DNA of 32,000 bases from Thermofilum pendens Hrk 5 (GCF_000015225.1 NC_008698.1:960001-992000); one strand, 5' to 3'. Shown: positions 1 to 8,177, counted from the first letter of the stretch. The notes: generated by a model from the sequence alone, not told the origin. Program-made: numbers and translations.

Positions 1-1096
1 GCGGGACTATGACCCCGCGGGAGACCTCCGAGAGGCTGTGCCCAGCCCTGCCCACCCTTTGCGCCAGCTTTATTGCCTGCCTGGGCGACCCGAACTGCAC
101 TACGAGCCTCGCGTACCCTATGTCCACGCCGAGCTCTAGGCTCGACGTAGCGACGATCGCGTCTACCCTGCCGCTCTTGAAGAGCCGCTCAGCCTCCTCC
201 CTCTCCTGGCGGGAGAGGCTCCCGTGGTGCACCCTCACGTTCAAGCCGTAGTCGCGGGCGAGAACCCTCCCGATGAACTCCGCTGTGTCGCGCGTATTGG
301 TGAACACTATCACGCCGCCGCCCCTGCACAGCTCGGCGACGCGCTTAACCCTCCCGGCGAGATCTCCCTCCTCGTCGATGTCCTCTACTACCAGCTCGTA
401 GGCTTTACGCTCGAACCACTCGACGACTGTCCCCACCCTCCCGCCTGAGAGTAGCCTGAGCGCCGCCTCAGGGTCCCTCAGCGTAGCCGAGAGCCCGACG
501 ACGCGGAGCCCCGGCGAGATAAGCCTAAGCCTCTCGAGCGCCAGCGATAGCTGCGCCCCCCTCTTGTCGTCGAGTAGCTCGTGCACCTCGTCCACTACGA
601 CCCACCGGGTATTCTTCAAGTGCTCCCTGTACCTCCCGTCCACCAGCAGGAACTGCGTAGTCTCCGGCGTGGTGATGAGCATGTGCGGAGGAGACTCGGC
701 TATCCTCCTGCGAACCCTCTGCGGCGTATCCCCGTGCCTCACTTCCGCCTCGAAGCCCAGGGCGCGAAAAAGCTCCACCATCCTGTCGTATATGTCCCTG
801 TTGAGAGCACGTAGAGGCGTGACGTAGAGCGCGTATATGGGCTTCCCACCCTTCTCGACGAGATCCCGGAGAACGGGCAGAACCGCCGCCTCCGTTTTCC
901 CGGCACCCGTGGGGGCGGAGATGAGCATGTTGGGGTACACTCTGGAGAGCTCTAGCGACTTCACCTGCACGTAGTTCAGCTCCCTGTACCCAAACCTGGA
1001 GAGAGCCTCGAGGATCCTTCCGGGTAGTAGGTCCCCGAGCTCCTCCAACCTACGGGAGCCTCCCCGATCCCTCCCCTTGACAACTTCGCCAAGCAT
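1..1096 (-). CDS. Lhr-type superfamily-2 (DEAD/DEAH box) ATP-dependent helicase. The N-terminal ~365 aa are in the window; the C-terminus lies beyond the window edge.
   Basis: My translation of the minus strand from ATG 1096 gives MLGEVVKGRDRGGSRRLEELGDLLPGRILEALSRFGYRELNYVQVKSLELSRVYPNMLISAPTGAGKTE... Helicase motifs are present in order: APTGAGKTE (I), TPLRALNRD (Ia), DEVHEL (II), SAT (III), HHGSLSRQEREEAE and QRVGRAGH (VI). This pattern is typical of Lhr-like helicases. It is absent from the ORF track because it is open at the window edge. The plus-strand ORFs at 9-827 are antisense shadows. Confidence 0.85.
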   Translation of the reverse strand, partial: MLGEVVKGRDRGGSRRLEELGDLLPGRILEALSRFGYRELNYVQVKSLELSRVYPNMLISAPTGAGKTEAAVLPVLRDLVEKGGKPIYALYVTPLRALNRDIYDRMVELFRALGFEAEVRHGDTPQRVRRRIAESPPHMLITTPETTQFLLVDGRYREHLKNTRWVVVDEVHELLDDKRGAQLSLALERLRLISPGLRVVGLSATLRDPEAALRLLSGGRVGTVVEWFERKAYELVVEDIDEEGDLAGRVKRVAELCRGGGVIVFTNTRDTAEFIGRVLARDYGLNVRVHHGSLSRQEREEAERLFKSGRVDAIVATSSLELGVDIGYARLVVQFGSPRQAIKLAQRVGRAGHSLSEVSRGVIVP

Positions 1097-1147
1097 CGAA
1101 CTCCCTTCTCCTTTCGCATGAACGCTAAAAAGGCTTTCAGCGCGCGT

Positions 1148-1163
1148 GTAGCTTGCAAGCTAC
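1148..1163. promoter_or_regulatory. Perfect 16-bp palindrome GTAGCTTGCAAGCTAC, a candidate operator in the divergent promoter region between the helicase and the 1236 gene.
   Basis: Read directly: GTAGCTTG/CAAGCTAC is self-complementary. It lies between a minus-strand TATA-like CCTTTTTAG (1125-1133) and a plus-strand TTTAATA (1203-1209). A second 10-bp palindrome, TTGCGCGCAA, is at 1192-1201. Confidence 0.4.
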
Positions 1164-1235
1164 CATGCAAGGCGCCCGCCCCCCTTTTGCGTTGCGCGCA
1201 AGTTTAATACCTTGAGCAGTGTAGTTTTAGCGTCG

Positions 1236-2018
1236 ATGGACGAGATAGAGGAGTACGCTAGGAGGCTTGGAGGGCTGATACGCGAGAAGGGTAGGCTAAC
1301 GGTAGACGAGATACTAGACTGGGGGCAGAGGGAGGGGCTCAACTCTCTCACTTTGTACATGGTCGTGGAGAGCCTCCTGGAGGACGCCTCCTTCAAGCCG
1401 AGCGGGGAAAGGAGGGTAATAGACTCCTACTTAAACCTGGAGCTCCCGGAGAAGGTTGAATACGTAGCCGCGAAGGCTGAGGAGAAAGCCGGGGAGGTCC
1501 CCGCGAAGGCTCCTCCGCGCCCCAGGGAGGAGAAGGGGAGGAAGCCCAAAAAGCAACCTCCACGCGTGAAGCCGTCGAGGGAGCGCTCCCTCCTGGAGTT
1601 CTTCGGGGAAGAGCGGGAGGAGCCCTCTCGGGAGGAGCCGGTCGAGCGGGGAGAAGAGGGCGGCGAGGAGCCTGAACGAAGGGAGGAGCCTGCCCCTGAA
1701 CCCGCGGCGGAGCCCCGGGCGAGCGTCGGGGTTCAAGAGGTAGACTGTAGCGAGGTCTCGGACCTGCTGGGGAACGAGGCTTACGAGAGGGCTTTAAGGT
1801 ACCTTTGCACGTACTGGAGCATCGGGCTCTTAAGGCTGATGGACGACCTGATTAGGATGGGGGTCAAGGAGCCGAGGAAGTTCCTGGCGGAGCTGGCGAA
1901 GAGGGGTCTCATAGAGGTGACGGAGCTGGAGGTCGTCAACGCGAAGGAGAAGCTCCTCAAGCTTTCCGAGTGCTTCGGCAAGGATAGAAGCACGCTTGTC
2001 GATCTACTACCTATCTAG
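1236..2018 (+). CDS. Hypothetical protein: two helical (winged-helix-like) end domains joined by a long K/E/P-rich, probably disordered linker.
   Basis: The ORF track gives 1212-2018. I prefer ATG 1236 (MDEIEEYARRL...) because TTTAATA at 1203-1209 is about 30 nt upstream, giving leaderless geometry. The central low-complexity stretch is AKAEEKAGEVPAKAPPRPREEKGRKPKKQPP...EEPERREEPAPEP. I recognise no family. Confidence 0.6.
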   Translation: MDEIEEYARRLGGLIREKGRLTVDEILDWGQREGLNSLTLYMVVESLLEDASFKPSGERRVIDSYLNLELPEKVEYVAAKAEEKAGEVPAKAPPRPREEKGRKPKKQPPRVKPSRERSLLEFFGEEREEPSREEPVERGEEGGEEPERREEPAPEPAAEPRASVGVQEVDCSEVSDLLGNEAYERALRYLCTYWSIGLLRLMDDLIRMGVKEPRKFLAELAKRGLIEVTELEVVNAKEKLLKLSECFGKDRSTLVDLLPI

Positions 2019-2353
2019 GCTTCCTTCTTGTGGCTCTTCGCAACGGGAACGTAGATCGGTACTCGGCTATTCTTATCGTAGGCAACAACGACGCCGCGCG
2101 ACTCCAGCTCTCTCAGCACTTTCTTAGCCCTGCTGAGCTTTAGAGAGAACTTCGAAGCCAGCACGTACGGCGTGACGTACTTGAGCCCCCTGATCTCCTT
2201 TATCACGTGCTCCAGCGATACCTCCGTAAGGTTGCCCGTAGAAGCTTCTAGCTTCATCTGGGGCTTCTTTCCTCCTTCCTCCTTTTTCTTCTCCTCCTTC
2301 GTTACCCTTTTCTCGAGCTGCGAGACCGTGGGCCTCTTCTTCCCTCCGCCCAT
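2015..2353 (-). CDS. rps25e: 30S ribosomal protein S25e
   Basis: 112 aa. It has a Lys/Glu-rich N-terminus (MGGGKKRPTVSQLEKRVTKEEKKKEEGGKK) followed by the S25e winged-helix core (YVTPYVLASKFSLKLSRAKKVLRELESRGVV). Confidence 0.9.
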   Translation of the reverse strand: MGGGKKRPTVSQLEKRVTKEEKKKEEGGKKPQMKLEASTGNLTEVSLEHVIKEIRGLKYVTPYVLASKFSLKLSRAKKVLRELESRGVVVAYDKNSRVPIYVPVAKSHKKEA

Positions 2354-2413
2354 TGCCTACACCCTCACAGTAAGCTCTAGCCTTCCTTAAAAAGCTTATC
2401 GCGCGCGGCGACG

Positions 2414-3496
2414 CTAGACGTCCGTGACTCCGTCCTCCGTTATCGCGAACGCTACCTCTTTCTCTGCGTGCTTCGGGCTGTCGATTATGCGGGCTATGCG
2501 CTTACCCTCCTTGGCTTTTCTAAGCCAGATCCTGTACGTGCACCCGTGCGCCATTATGTTTCCACCGGCGGGTTTCAGCGGGTTTCCGAAGAATATGTCG
2601 GGCGAAGCCATTACCTGATTTGTCACGACAACCGCTAGGTTGTAGAGGCTCGCGAGCCTGTGTAGCTGGCTTATATGCTTGTTGAGCTTCTGTTGCCTCG
2701 AGGCGAGGTTCTCTCTGCCCGGGTACTCAGCCCTGAAGTGGTTGATGAGGCTGTCGACTATGATTAGCCTGATGTTGTACTTTTCGATGTACTTCTTCGC
2801 CTCGTCTATTAGAAGCATCTGGTGGTCGCTGTTGTAGGCTCTCGCGTATATTATGTTTTCTAGTGTTTTTTCTGGGTCTAGGCCTCTGGCCCTTGCTATC
2901 TGTACTATTCTCTCGGGCCTGAACGTTCCCTCTGTGTCCACGTACAGTGCCCTGGCGTTGAGCCCTCCCTTATCCTTCGGCAGCTGGACCATCACGCTGA
3001 GCTGGTGGCATATCTGAGTCTTACCAGCACCAAACTCCCCGATAAACTCAGTAATACTACCAACCTCAATACCACCCTCAAGCAAATCATCAAGACTACG
3101 AACACCAGTACTGATGTACTCGATGTTCTTCCTCTTCTCGAACAGTGTCTTCGCGGTTATAAACTCCTCTCCCCTGTTCACCAGCCTCTGCGCAGACCTG
3201 ATTATAGCCATGGCTCTTTCCTCGGAGCCGAGGACTAGCGCTAGCTCGTGGGCAGAGGCAAACGCGAGGTCTCGAACAGTGTAGAACCCGGCCGCCCTGA
3301 GCTTCTGGGCCGTTATCCTTCCAACGCCTTCAAGGTCCTCCAGCCTTATCTCTCCCTCGGGTACCTCCTCGGGCGGGGCCTCCGCCGCGGCCTCGCCGAG
3401 GATATCCTCTACTAGCTCGTCTACGTTTACTTCCTCCTCTACCTTTTCCTCCTTCTCCTCTACCTCCTCGGTTTTCGCGCGTTTAGGCATCTTCAA
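2414..3496 (-). CDS. radA: DNA repair and recombination protein RadA, the canonical full-length copy.
   Basis: 360 aa. It has an acidic N-terminal tail, an HhH N-domain ([26 protein letters not shown]), Walker [10 protein letters not shown], Walker B LIIVDSL, and the L2 region [26 protein letters not shown]. Confidence 0.95.
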   Translation of the reverse strand: MKMPKRAKTEEVEEKEEKVEEEVNVDELVEDILGEAAAEAPPEEVPEGEIRLEDLEGVGRITAQKLRAAGFYTVRDLAFASAHELALVLGSEERAMAIIRSAQRLVNRGEEFITAKTLFEKRKNIEYISTGVRSLDDLLEGGIEVGSITEFIGEFGAGKTQICHQLSVMVQLPKDKGGLNARALYVDTEGTFRPERIVQIARARGLDPEKTLENIIYARAYNSDHQMLLIDEAKKYIEKYNIRLIIVDSLINHFRAEYPGRENLASRQQKLNKHISQLHRLASLYNLAVVVTNQVMASPDIFFGNPLKPAGGNIMAHGCTYRIWLRKAKEGKRIARIIDSPKHAEKEVAFAITEDGVTDV

Positions 3497-3621
3497 GCAC
3501 TATGAGAACTTCGCGGACCCTCTATTTATACGTTACGATACAGTACACCGAAAGTAAAACTCCGAGCGGAAGGGCTATACGCACGAATAGCTTTTTAACC
3601 CTAGAGGCTGTATTCCGGCAT

Positions 3622-4170
3622 ATGACGGTTGAATACCTGGACTTGAGTTCGATCAGGGAGGGGCTGTGGGTAGTCCTAGACGCCCTTGTAGGGCTTTGGC
3701 GCAGAAAGGGTTACAGGGCGTCCCAAGCGGGCATTCTCTCCGGGATGGGCTTCGACCAGCTTGACCCCTACTTGATAGTGTACGGCTACATTTCCAGAGG
3801 CTTACTGGCGAAGCGTAGTAGTGCCTTCCAGCTTACAAGGGAGGGGCTCGAGGCCCTGACAATAGTATCCGACGTCGCCGAGACGATAAGGGAGGACGCC
3901 GAGTTCCCGGAGTTCGACGGGGGCAAACTGCTGGGGGCAGTCGTGTACGCGCTCTACGACTGGCAGAACAGCTACCCGGGCGCCGAGGAATACCTGAAGT
4001 ACCTCGGGGAAGTCAGGGAGCGGGTAGCGAGGCTGAAGTCGGAGAACCCGAAAGCCTTCAAGCTCGTGGCGATGACTCTTCCCAGGCTGAAGTTCGACGA
4101 GGGATACACGGTTGAAAGGTTGCTAGACGCCGCCGAGAAGGTTGCATTGTCGCACGCGCACCCCTCCTAG
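3622..4170 (+). CDS. Hypothetical protein with a probable N-terminal winged-helix domain.
   Basis: The ORF track gives 3502-4170. I prefer ATG 3622 (MTVEYLDLSS...) because the upstream part crosses the radA promoter region and TTTTTAA sits about 30 nt upstream. A MarR-like segment is present: GYISRGLLAKRSSAFQLTREGLEAL. I recognise no family. Confidence 0.5.
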   Translation: MTVEYLDLSSIREGLWVVLDALVGLWRRKGYRASQAGILSGMGFDQLDPYLIVYGYISRGLLAKRSSAFQLTREGLEALTIVSDVAETIREDAEFPEFDGGKLLGAVVYALYDWQNSYPGAEEYLKYLGEVRERVARLKSENPKAFKLVAMTLPRLKFDEGYTVERLLDAAEKVALSHAHPS

Positions 4171-4236
4171 GCACGCGGTGCCCAGAACTAATCGTAGAAC
4201 ATATGAAGGTGCGGTGCGCAGGAGAACGGGGGAGCC

Positions 4237-5271
4237 TTGAAGAGGCTTAGAACGCTTGAATACGAGGTATTAAAGGCGGCTGTGGTCGCCAGGAGGTACG
4301 TGGACATAGCTAGGAGCACGGGTACCTCGCCTTCCTACGCCGCCCGCGTACTGGCGCGCCTCGAAGAGAAGGGCTTCAGGGTGAGGGGAGGCTTCGACTA
4401 CCGCGTCCTATCACTGCAGGAGACGTTCATACTGGCACCCTACTCGCCCTCCGTCTACGAGAAGGTAGTCCCGTTCGTAGTAGAGAAGGCTATTGTCGAG
4501 CCCTCCAAGAAGAGGAGGCTCATCGCGCTCCGCGTGCTCGTCCCCGTAGGCGCCGCGGAGGAGGTTCTCGACATACTGCAGCTCGAGCCGGAGGTCTTCT
4601 CGGAGGTAGAGCGCTTCACCTGGAACCCCTACGCCTCCCGCGCTACGCGCTTCGAAGCAGGCCTTTTATCCGTGGACCCCGAGGGGCTCTCGGAGCTAGT
4701 GGAGGGGGGCGCGTTCCACAGGCCGAGCCCAGCGGCGCAGCCGATCATTCCCGACGAGGTAGACTTGATGCTCGTAGCCGAGATTACGAGAAACCCCTTC
4801 CTCAAGCTGTCAAAGCTGTCCGCAGAGAGGGGTCTAAGCGGCCAGGTGCTCAGCTACCACTACGTGAAACACGTGAAGAACGCTAGGCTCGACAACGAAG
4901 TGCGCCTCGAAGCCCCCGGTGAAACCCCGGGAAAGCTCTTCGAGGTATACACGCCCCCTGGCTCCGAGGAGCGGGTAGCGTGGGCTCTCTCGAACCTCTA
5001 CTACACGCGGGAAGCCCTGGCGGCGCCCGGCAGGGGCTCTGTCTACGCCTTCACGTACCCGCAACCCTCGGAGGAGGGGGCCCTCTTGGACCTCCTGCGC
5101 AGGCACCCCTTGGTGGAGGATTACGCGTTCAGGGGCTACGTGTACGCCGCGCGGGAATACACGGTACCCTTCGGGGGAGTAGTGGGGGAGGGTGGCTACG
5201 TCCTCGACGCGATGTACGAGGCTCTCTACTCCCGGAGCAGAAAAACCAATTTCATAGTTTACGAGATCTAG
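4237..5271 (+). CDS. Putative transcriptional regulator with two HTH (Lrp/AsnC-like) modules in tandem.
   Basis: 344 aa with a TTG start. The first HTH is LEYEVLKAAVVARRYVDIARSTGTSPSYAARVLARLEEKGF. The second is DEVDLMLVAEITRNPFLKLSKLSAERGLSGQVLSYHYVKHV. Each is followed by a beta-rich segment. The assignment rests on motif resemblance only. Confidence 0.45.
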   Translation: MKRLRTLEYEVLKAAVVARRYVDIARSTGTSPSYAARVLARLEEKGFRVRGGFDYRVLSLQETFILAPYSPSVYEKVVPFVVEKAIVEPSKKRRLIALRVLVPVGAAEEVLDILQLEPEVFSEVERFTWNPYASRATRFEAGLLSVDPEGLSELVEGGAFHRPSPAAQPIIPDEVDLMLVAEITRNPFLKLSKLSAERGLSGQVLSYHYVKHVKNARLDNEVRLEAPGETPGKLFEVYTPPGSEERVAWALSNLYYTREALAAPGRGSVYAFTYPQPSEEGALLDLLRRHPLVEDYAFRGYVYAAREYTVPFGGVVGEGGYVLDAMYEALYSRSRKTNFIVYEI

Positions 5272-5708
5272 TAGGTACAGGGGTCTTCGCGCAACCCATC
5301 CCTGCACTTCAGCTCTTTAGCGAGCTCGCGTGCCAGCGAGTCCAGGTAGGCTGCCTCCATGGGGGCGAGTTTCAGGCGCGTAACCAGGTAGAAGATGGGG
5401 AAGAGCAGGGCTTCGCGTAACCCCCACCTGGCGAAGACGAACACGGCGAAGGGCTCCCACACGGCGAGGACGTAGCCTAAGGGAAGCCTGCAGAACGAGA
5501 CTTCTTCGTGCACGCGCTCGAGGAGCTCGCAGGGGAACGAGTATCTATCCTTACCGCACCCCCTCCTCAGCGACTCGTAGACCCGCCTAGCCTCCTCCTC
5601 GGGCATCTCGCTCAAGGTCTCGAAGCGCTCGCGCTCGAAGCAGTCGTCAAGCCACTCCCAGAAAACGGAGGACCTCAAACCGTACTCGCCGAGCAACACC
5701 CACCTCAT
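5268..5708 (-). CDS. Hypothetical protein (146 aa) with a central hydrophobic segment.
   Basis: This is the ORF-track ORF. It has its own TATA-like GTTATAAGG on the minus strand about 30 nt upstream of ATG 5708. I recognise no motifs. Confidence 0.4.
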   Translation of the reverse strand: MRWVLLGEYGLRSSVFWEWLDDCFERERFETLSEMPEEEARRVYESLRRGCGKDRYSFPCELLERVHEEVSFCRLPLGYVLAVWEPFAVFVFARWGLREALLFPIFYLVTRLKLAPMEAAYLDSLARELAKELKCRDGLREDPCTY

Positions 5709-5788
5709 GGCCCGCCACCAGTAGTACTAGGCGCCTTATAACGAGGTCGCGGGAGGAATCCGGGAGAGCGCCTCGAGGGCGCGCGAGT

Positions 5789-5820
5789 GAAAACGGAACG
5801 GGAAGAAAAACGGGTTTTTA
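5789..5820 (-). terminator. Oligo-T tracts (minus strand) immediately downstream of the 5828 stop; probable end of the RadA-paralog operon.
   Basis: The minus strand reads ...CTAAAAACCCGTTTTTCTTCCCGTTCCGTTTTCAC. T5 and T4 runs are the usual archaeal termination signal. Confidence 0.4.
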
Positions 5821-5827
5821 GGGGTGT

Positions 5828-6175
5828 TCAGCCTTCCTCCGCGATCTTGTTGAGCTCGCTCTGCACTATCGCCGGCATGACTATGGTGAACAGCCAGAAC
5901 ACGAGGAAGTAGAGCACTGCCGACTCCTTCTTCGTCACCTGCGCGAAGCCCTCGGCGTACTTGTAGAGCCAGTAAATGTTCGCTATGGGGATTATGATGA
6001 GCCAGCACGTCGGTATGCGCGCTCCGAGCGCGTTGAGCTCCCTCTTCGTCCAGACGAGCCAGAGGTAGAAGTAGACGCCGAACGTTAGAAAGATGAGCGC
6101 GTAGACCTTCAGCAGGCTCCTCTTCTCCGGCACTTTTTTCTGACCGGGGGTCGTTGCGCCCATACGGTTCAACAC
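5828..6175 (-). CDS. Small integral membrane protein, DUF4234-like.
   Basis: 115 aa with about 3 hydrophobic helices. The motif [22 protein letters not shown] resembles the GIYxxxW...EL signature I associate with DUF4234. Confidence 0.55.
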   Translation of the reverse strand: MLNRMGATTPGQKKVPEKRSLLKVYALIFLTFGVYFYLWLVWTKRELNALGARIPTCWLIIIPIANIYWLYKYAEGFAQVTKKESAVLYFLVFWLFTIVMPAIVQSELNKIAEEG

Positions 6176-6202
6176 CTGCTCCGGGTCCGTATAAACCCAC
6201 CG

Positions 6203-6673
6203 CTACGTCGCGCGCAACGCGTCGAGGGCTAGTGCCTCCCAGTCTTTTACCTCGACCTCGCCGGAGGGCGTCTTGAGGCGTACCGACGGCTTGGTTGCAA
6301 AGTTGAGCTCTACGAGTAAGCCGTAGAGCGCCGCCTGCACCCTTTCCGCGCGCTTAACCGTGTCGTAGCTCTTCACCTCGTAGACCGCGACCGGCCTAGC
6401 TTTAACGAAGCGCACTAGGTCGGCGACACCGACGAGCCAGCCGAAGCGGAAGCGCCAAGCCAGGGGGAGCGGCGTCCACGCCTCCTCGAGCTCTAACACC
6501 CAGTCGAGGTCGCCCCAGAGCCTGCTGTGGTACTCTAAGCCGTGCTCCCTGCCGAGCCCCCTGCCGGGCGCAAGCCTAGACGAGACGCGCGTCACCGCTA
6601 CCCTAGGCTCCCCGGACACCAGCGCCCTCTCGAACCTCGCCAGGGCGCGGGACAGTAGCCTGTACTCCCTCAA
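6203..6673 (-). CDS. PD-(D/E)xK nuclease, RecB/Cas4-like, without the Cas4 Cys cluster.
   Basis: 156 aa. The TTG start is 3 nt after the RadA-paralog stop. Ordered motifs are GREHGLEYH, GVAD(85)LV, YE(99)VK(101)S and Q(113)AALY(117). Confidence 0.55.
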   Translation of the reverse strand: MREYRLLSRALARFERALVSGEPRVAVTRVSSRLAPGRGLGREHGLEYHSRLWGDLDWVLELEEAWTPLPLAWRFRFGWLVGVADLVRFVKARPVAVYEVKSYDTVKRAERVQAALYGLLVELNFATKPSVRLKTPSGEVEVKDWEALALDALRAT

Positions 6674-6676
6674 GGC

Positions 6677-7624
6677 TTAAACGTCACCCAGACCGTCGTC
6701 CCTTATCTCGAACTGCGCCGTCGCCCCCTTGGGTAGCCTCGGCGAGTCGAGAACCTCGATCAGCCACGAGTCCCCCGCCTTCTTCATGAGGAACCTGTGG
6801 GTGGAGGCGTGGGCGATTATGTTGCCGCCCGCCGGTAGCTTCACGGCTACGCCCCAGTTGCTCGGGACCGAGACTACCTGGTTCGTGATTACGACTACTA
6901 TGCTGTAGACCCTGGCGAGCCTCTTCAACCAGTCCAAGGCGTAGTTGATCCGTTGCTGCCTCATCGCGAGCCACTCGCGCCCCCTGAACTGGGCCCTGTA
7001 CAGCGCGATCACAGAGTCTATCACTACGAGCTTCACGCCGCCCTTGAGCAACGGCTTCAACCCCTTTATGACGAGCTCCTCCAGCTCGTCGACGCTGATA
7101 GGCCTCGCCACGTAGACTCCCTCCAGCGCTCCCTCCACGCCGAACCTCTCGGCGATCCTCTCTATCCTCGACGGGCTAAACGTCCCCTCGGTGTCCACGT
7201 AGACAACCTTGCCGCCGAGACCGCCCCGGCTCGGCGGTAGCTGCGCTGTGACTGACAGCTGGTGGCAGAGCTGGGTCTTCCCGGACCCGTACTCCCCGGC
7301 GAACTCGTAGATCTCCTGGGTTACGAGGCCCCCCTCTAGCAGCTCGTCCAGCGCCTTAACGCCCGTGGTGAGGGACTCCCGCTGAGAGAGTTGCGAGGCG
7401 TACTCGTCGCCCCTCACCGCCCTTACCTCCCAGCCCGCCAGCCGCCTAGCGGTCCTCACGAGCCTGAGCGCTCTCTCGAAGTCTATGCCGGCGAGCTCCT
7501 CGAGCTCCTCCGGGTTGTAGAGCACGAGGTCCTCCACGGTCTCTATGCCGGCGCTCTTCAGCCTGGAGATCGTGACCCTCCCTATGCCCTCCTCCTTCCC
7601 CAGCTCCTCAATAGGGATAGGCAT
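6677..7624 (-). CDS. Second full-length RadA-like recombinase (RadA paralog).
   Basis: The track ORF is 6677-7732. I start at ATG 7624 (MPIPIEELGKEEGIGRVTISRLKSAGIETVEDL) because this aligns with the HhH N-domain of the canonical RadA. Walker A is GEYGSGKTQ, Walker B is LVVIDSV, and the L2-like region is NQVVSVPSNWGVAVKLPAGGNIIAHA. Confidence 0.85.
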   Translation of the reverse strand: MPIPIEELGKEEGIGRVTISRLKSAGIETVEDLVLYNPEELEELAGIDFERALRLVRTARRLAGWEVRAVRGDEYASQLSQRESLTTGVKALDELLEGGLVTQEIYEFAGEYGSGKTQLCHQLSVTAQLPPSRGGLGGKVVYVDTEGTFSPSRIERIAERFGVEGALEGVYVARPISVDELEELVIKGLKPLLKGGVKLVVIDSVIALYRAQFRGREWLAMRQQRINYALDWLKRLARVYSIVVVITNQVVSVPSNWGVAVKLPAGGNIIAHASTHRFLMKKAGDSWLIEVLDSPRLPKGATAQFEIRDDGLGDV

Positions 7625-8177
7625 GGGGCTCACCGCACGGCTCGCCGTCCACGAAGCAAGCCCTCTCGGGGCCCTCTCGTATGCACGCGAACCTCCTGGC
7701 GTACCTCCAAAGCCCCTCCGTCTCCTCGTCACCGTACACTACGACGGGCACCCTGTAGACGCGGGCAACCCTCGAGAGTATGTCTAGCGCGTACAACACC
7801 CCCTCCCGGGCCCACCTGGTAAACCTCCTCGGCATATCCTCGACCACCACGGGCGCCCTCGCGCCGTCCAGCTCCCGGGGAAGGTCGAAGAGCAGGTACT
7901 CCAGGAACTCCTCGTCGAGGTACTCCGGGACGTAGGTACACCTCGGCACGGAGAGCGAGGCACCCCTCACGTGCGTTATGCCCGGTGGTAGCGAGTACCT
8001 GTTTCCGCAGAACTCGACCTCCACGGATAGGGGGCTGGAGAAGACGACGGTAGCCTCCGCCACCCTTGCCAGGTCCTCGGCTACCTCGCCGAATATCTCC
8101 TCCAGCTCTTCGCGCCGAAACACCTTCAAGTGCCTCCTCGAGAACGTCTCGCTACCCACGACTATCGTCTCGCTCAT
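7608..8177 (-). CDS. Hypothetical protein (189 aa), possibly a degenerate P-loop-less RecA-core-like protein.
   Basis: Its ATG overlaps the upstream wHTH stop (ATGA at 8174-8177), and its 3' end overlaps the RadA-paralog start by 17 nt. The segment APVVVEDMPRRFTRWAREGVLYALDILSRVARVYRVPVVVYGDE resembles the Walker B strand, helix and next strand of RadA. No GxxxxGK(T/S) is present. Confidence 0.5.
   Translation of the reverse strand: MSETIVVGSETFSRRHLKVFRREELEEIFGEVAEDLARVAEATVVFSSPLSVEVEFCGNRYSLPPGITHVRGASLSVPRCTYVPEYLDEEFLEYLLFDLPRELDGARAPVVVEDMPRRFTRWAREGVLYALDILSRVARVYRVPVVVYGDEETEGLWRYARRFACIREGPERACFVDGEPCGEPHAYPY

Noticed and set aside
9-827. Four plus-strand ORFs (80, 74, 87 and 77 aa) at the window start.
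   Set aside because: They lie antisense to a continuous minus-strand reading frame that carries the full set of SF2 helicase motifs. Their Ser/Pro/Arg-rich composition is typical of shadow ORFs in GC-rich DNA.
4237-5271. Tandem Lrp-like protein as a fused AhbA/AhbB (NirDL-type) siroheme decarboxylase, prompted by the heme O synthase gene in the window.
   Set aside because: Only the generic Lrp/AsnC-like HTH-plus-beta architecture is visible. I cannot recognise the specific AhbA/B signature, and no other alternative-heme-pathway genes are present in the window.
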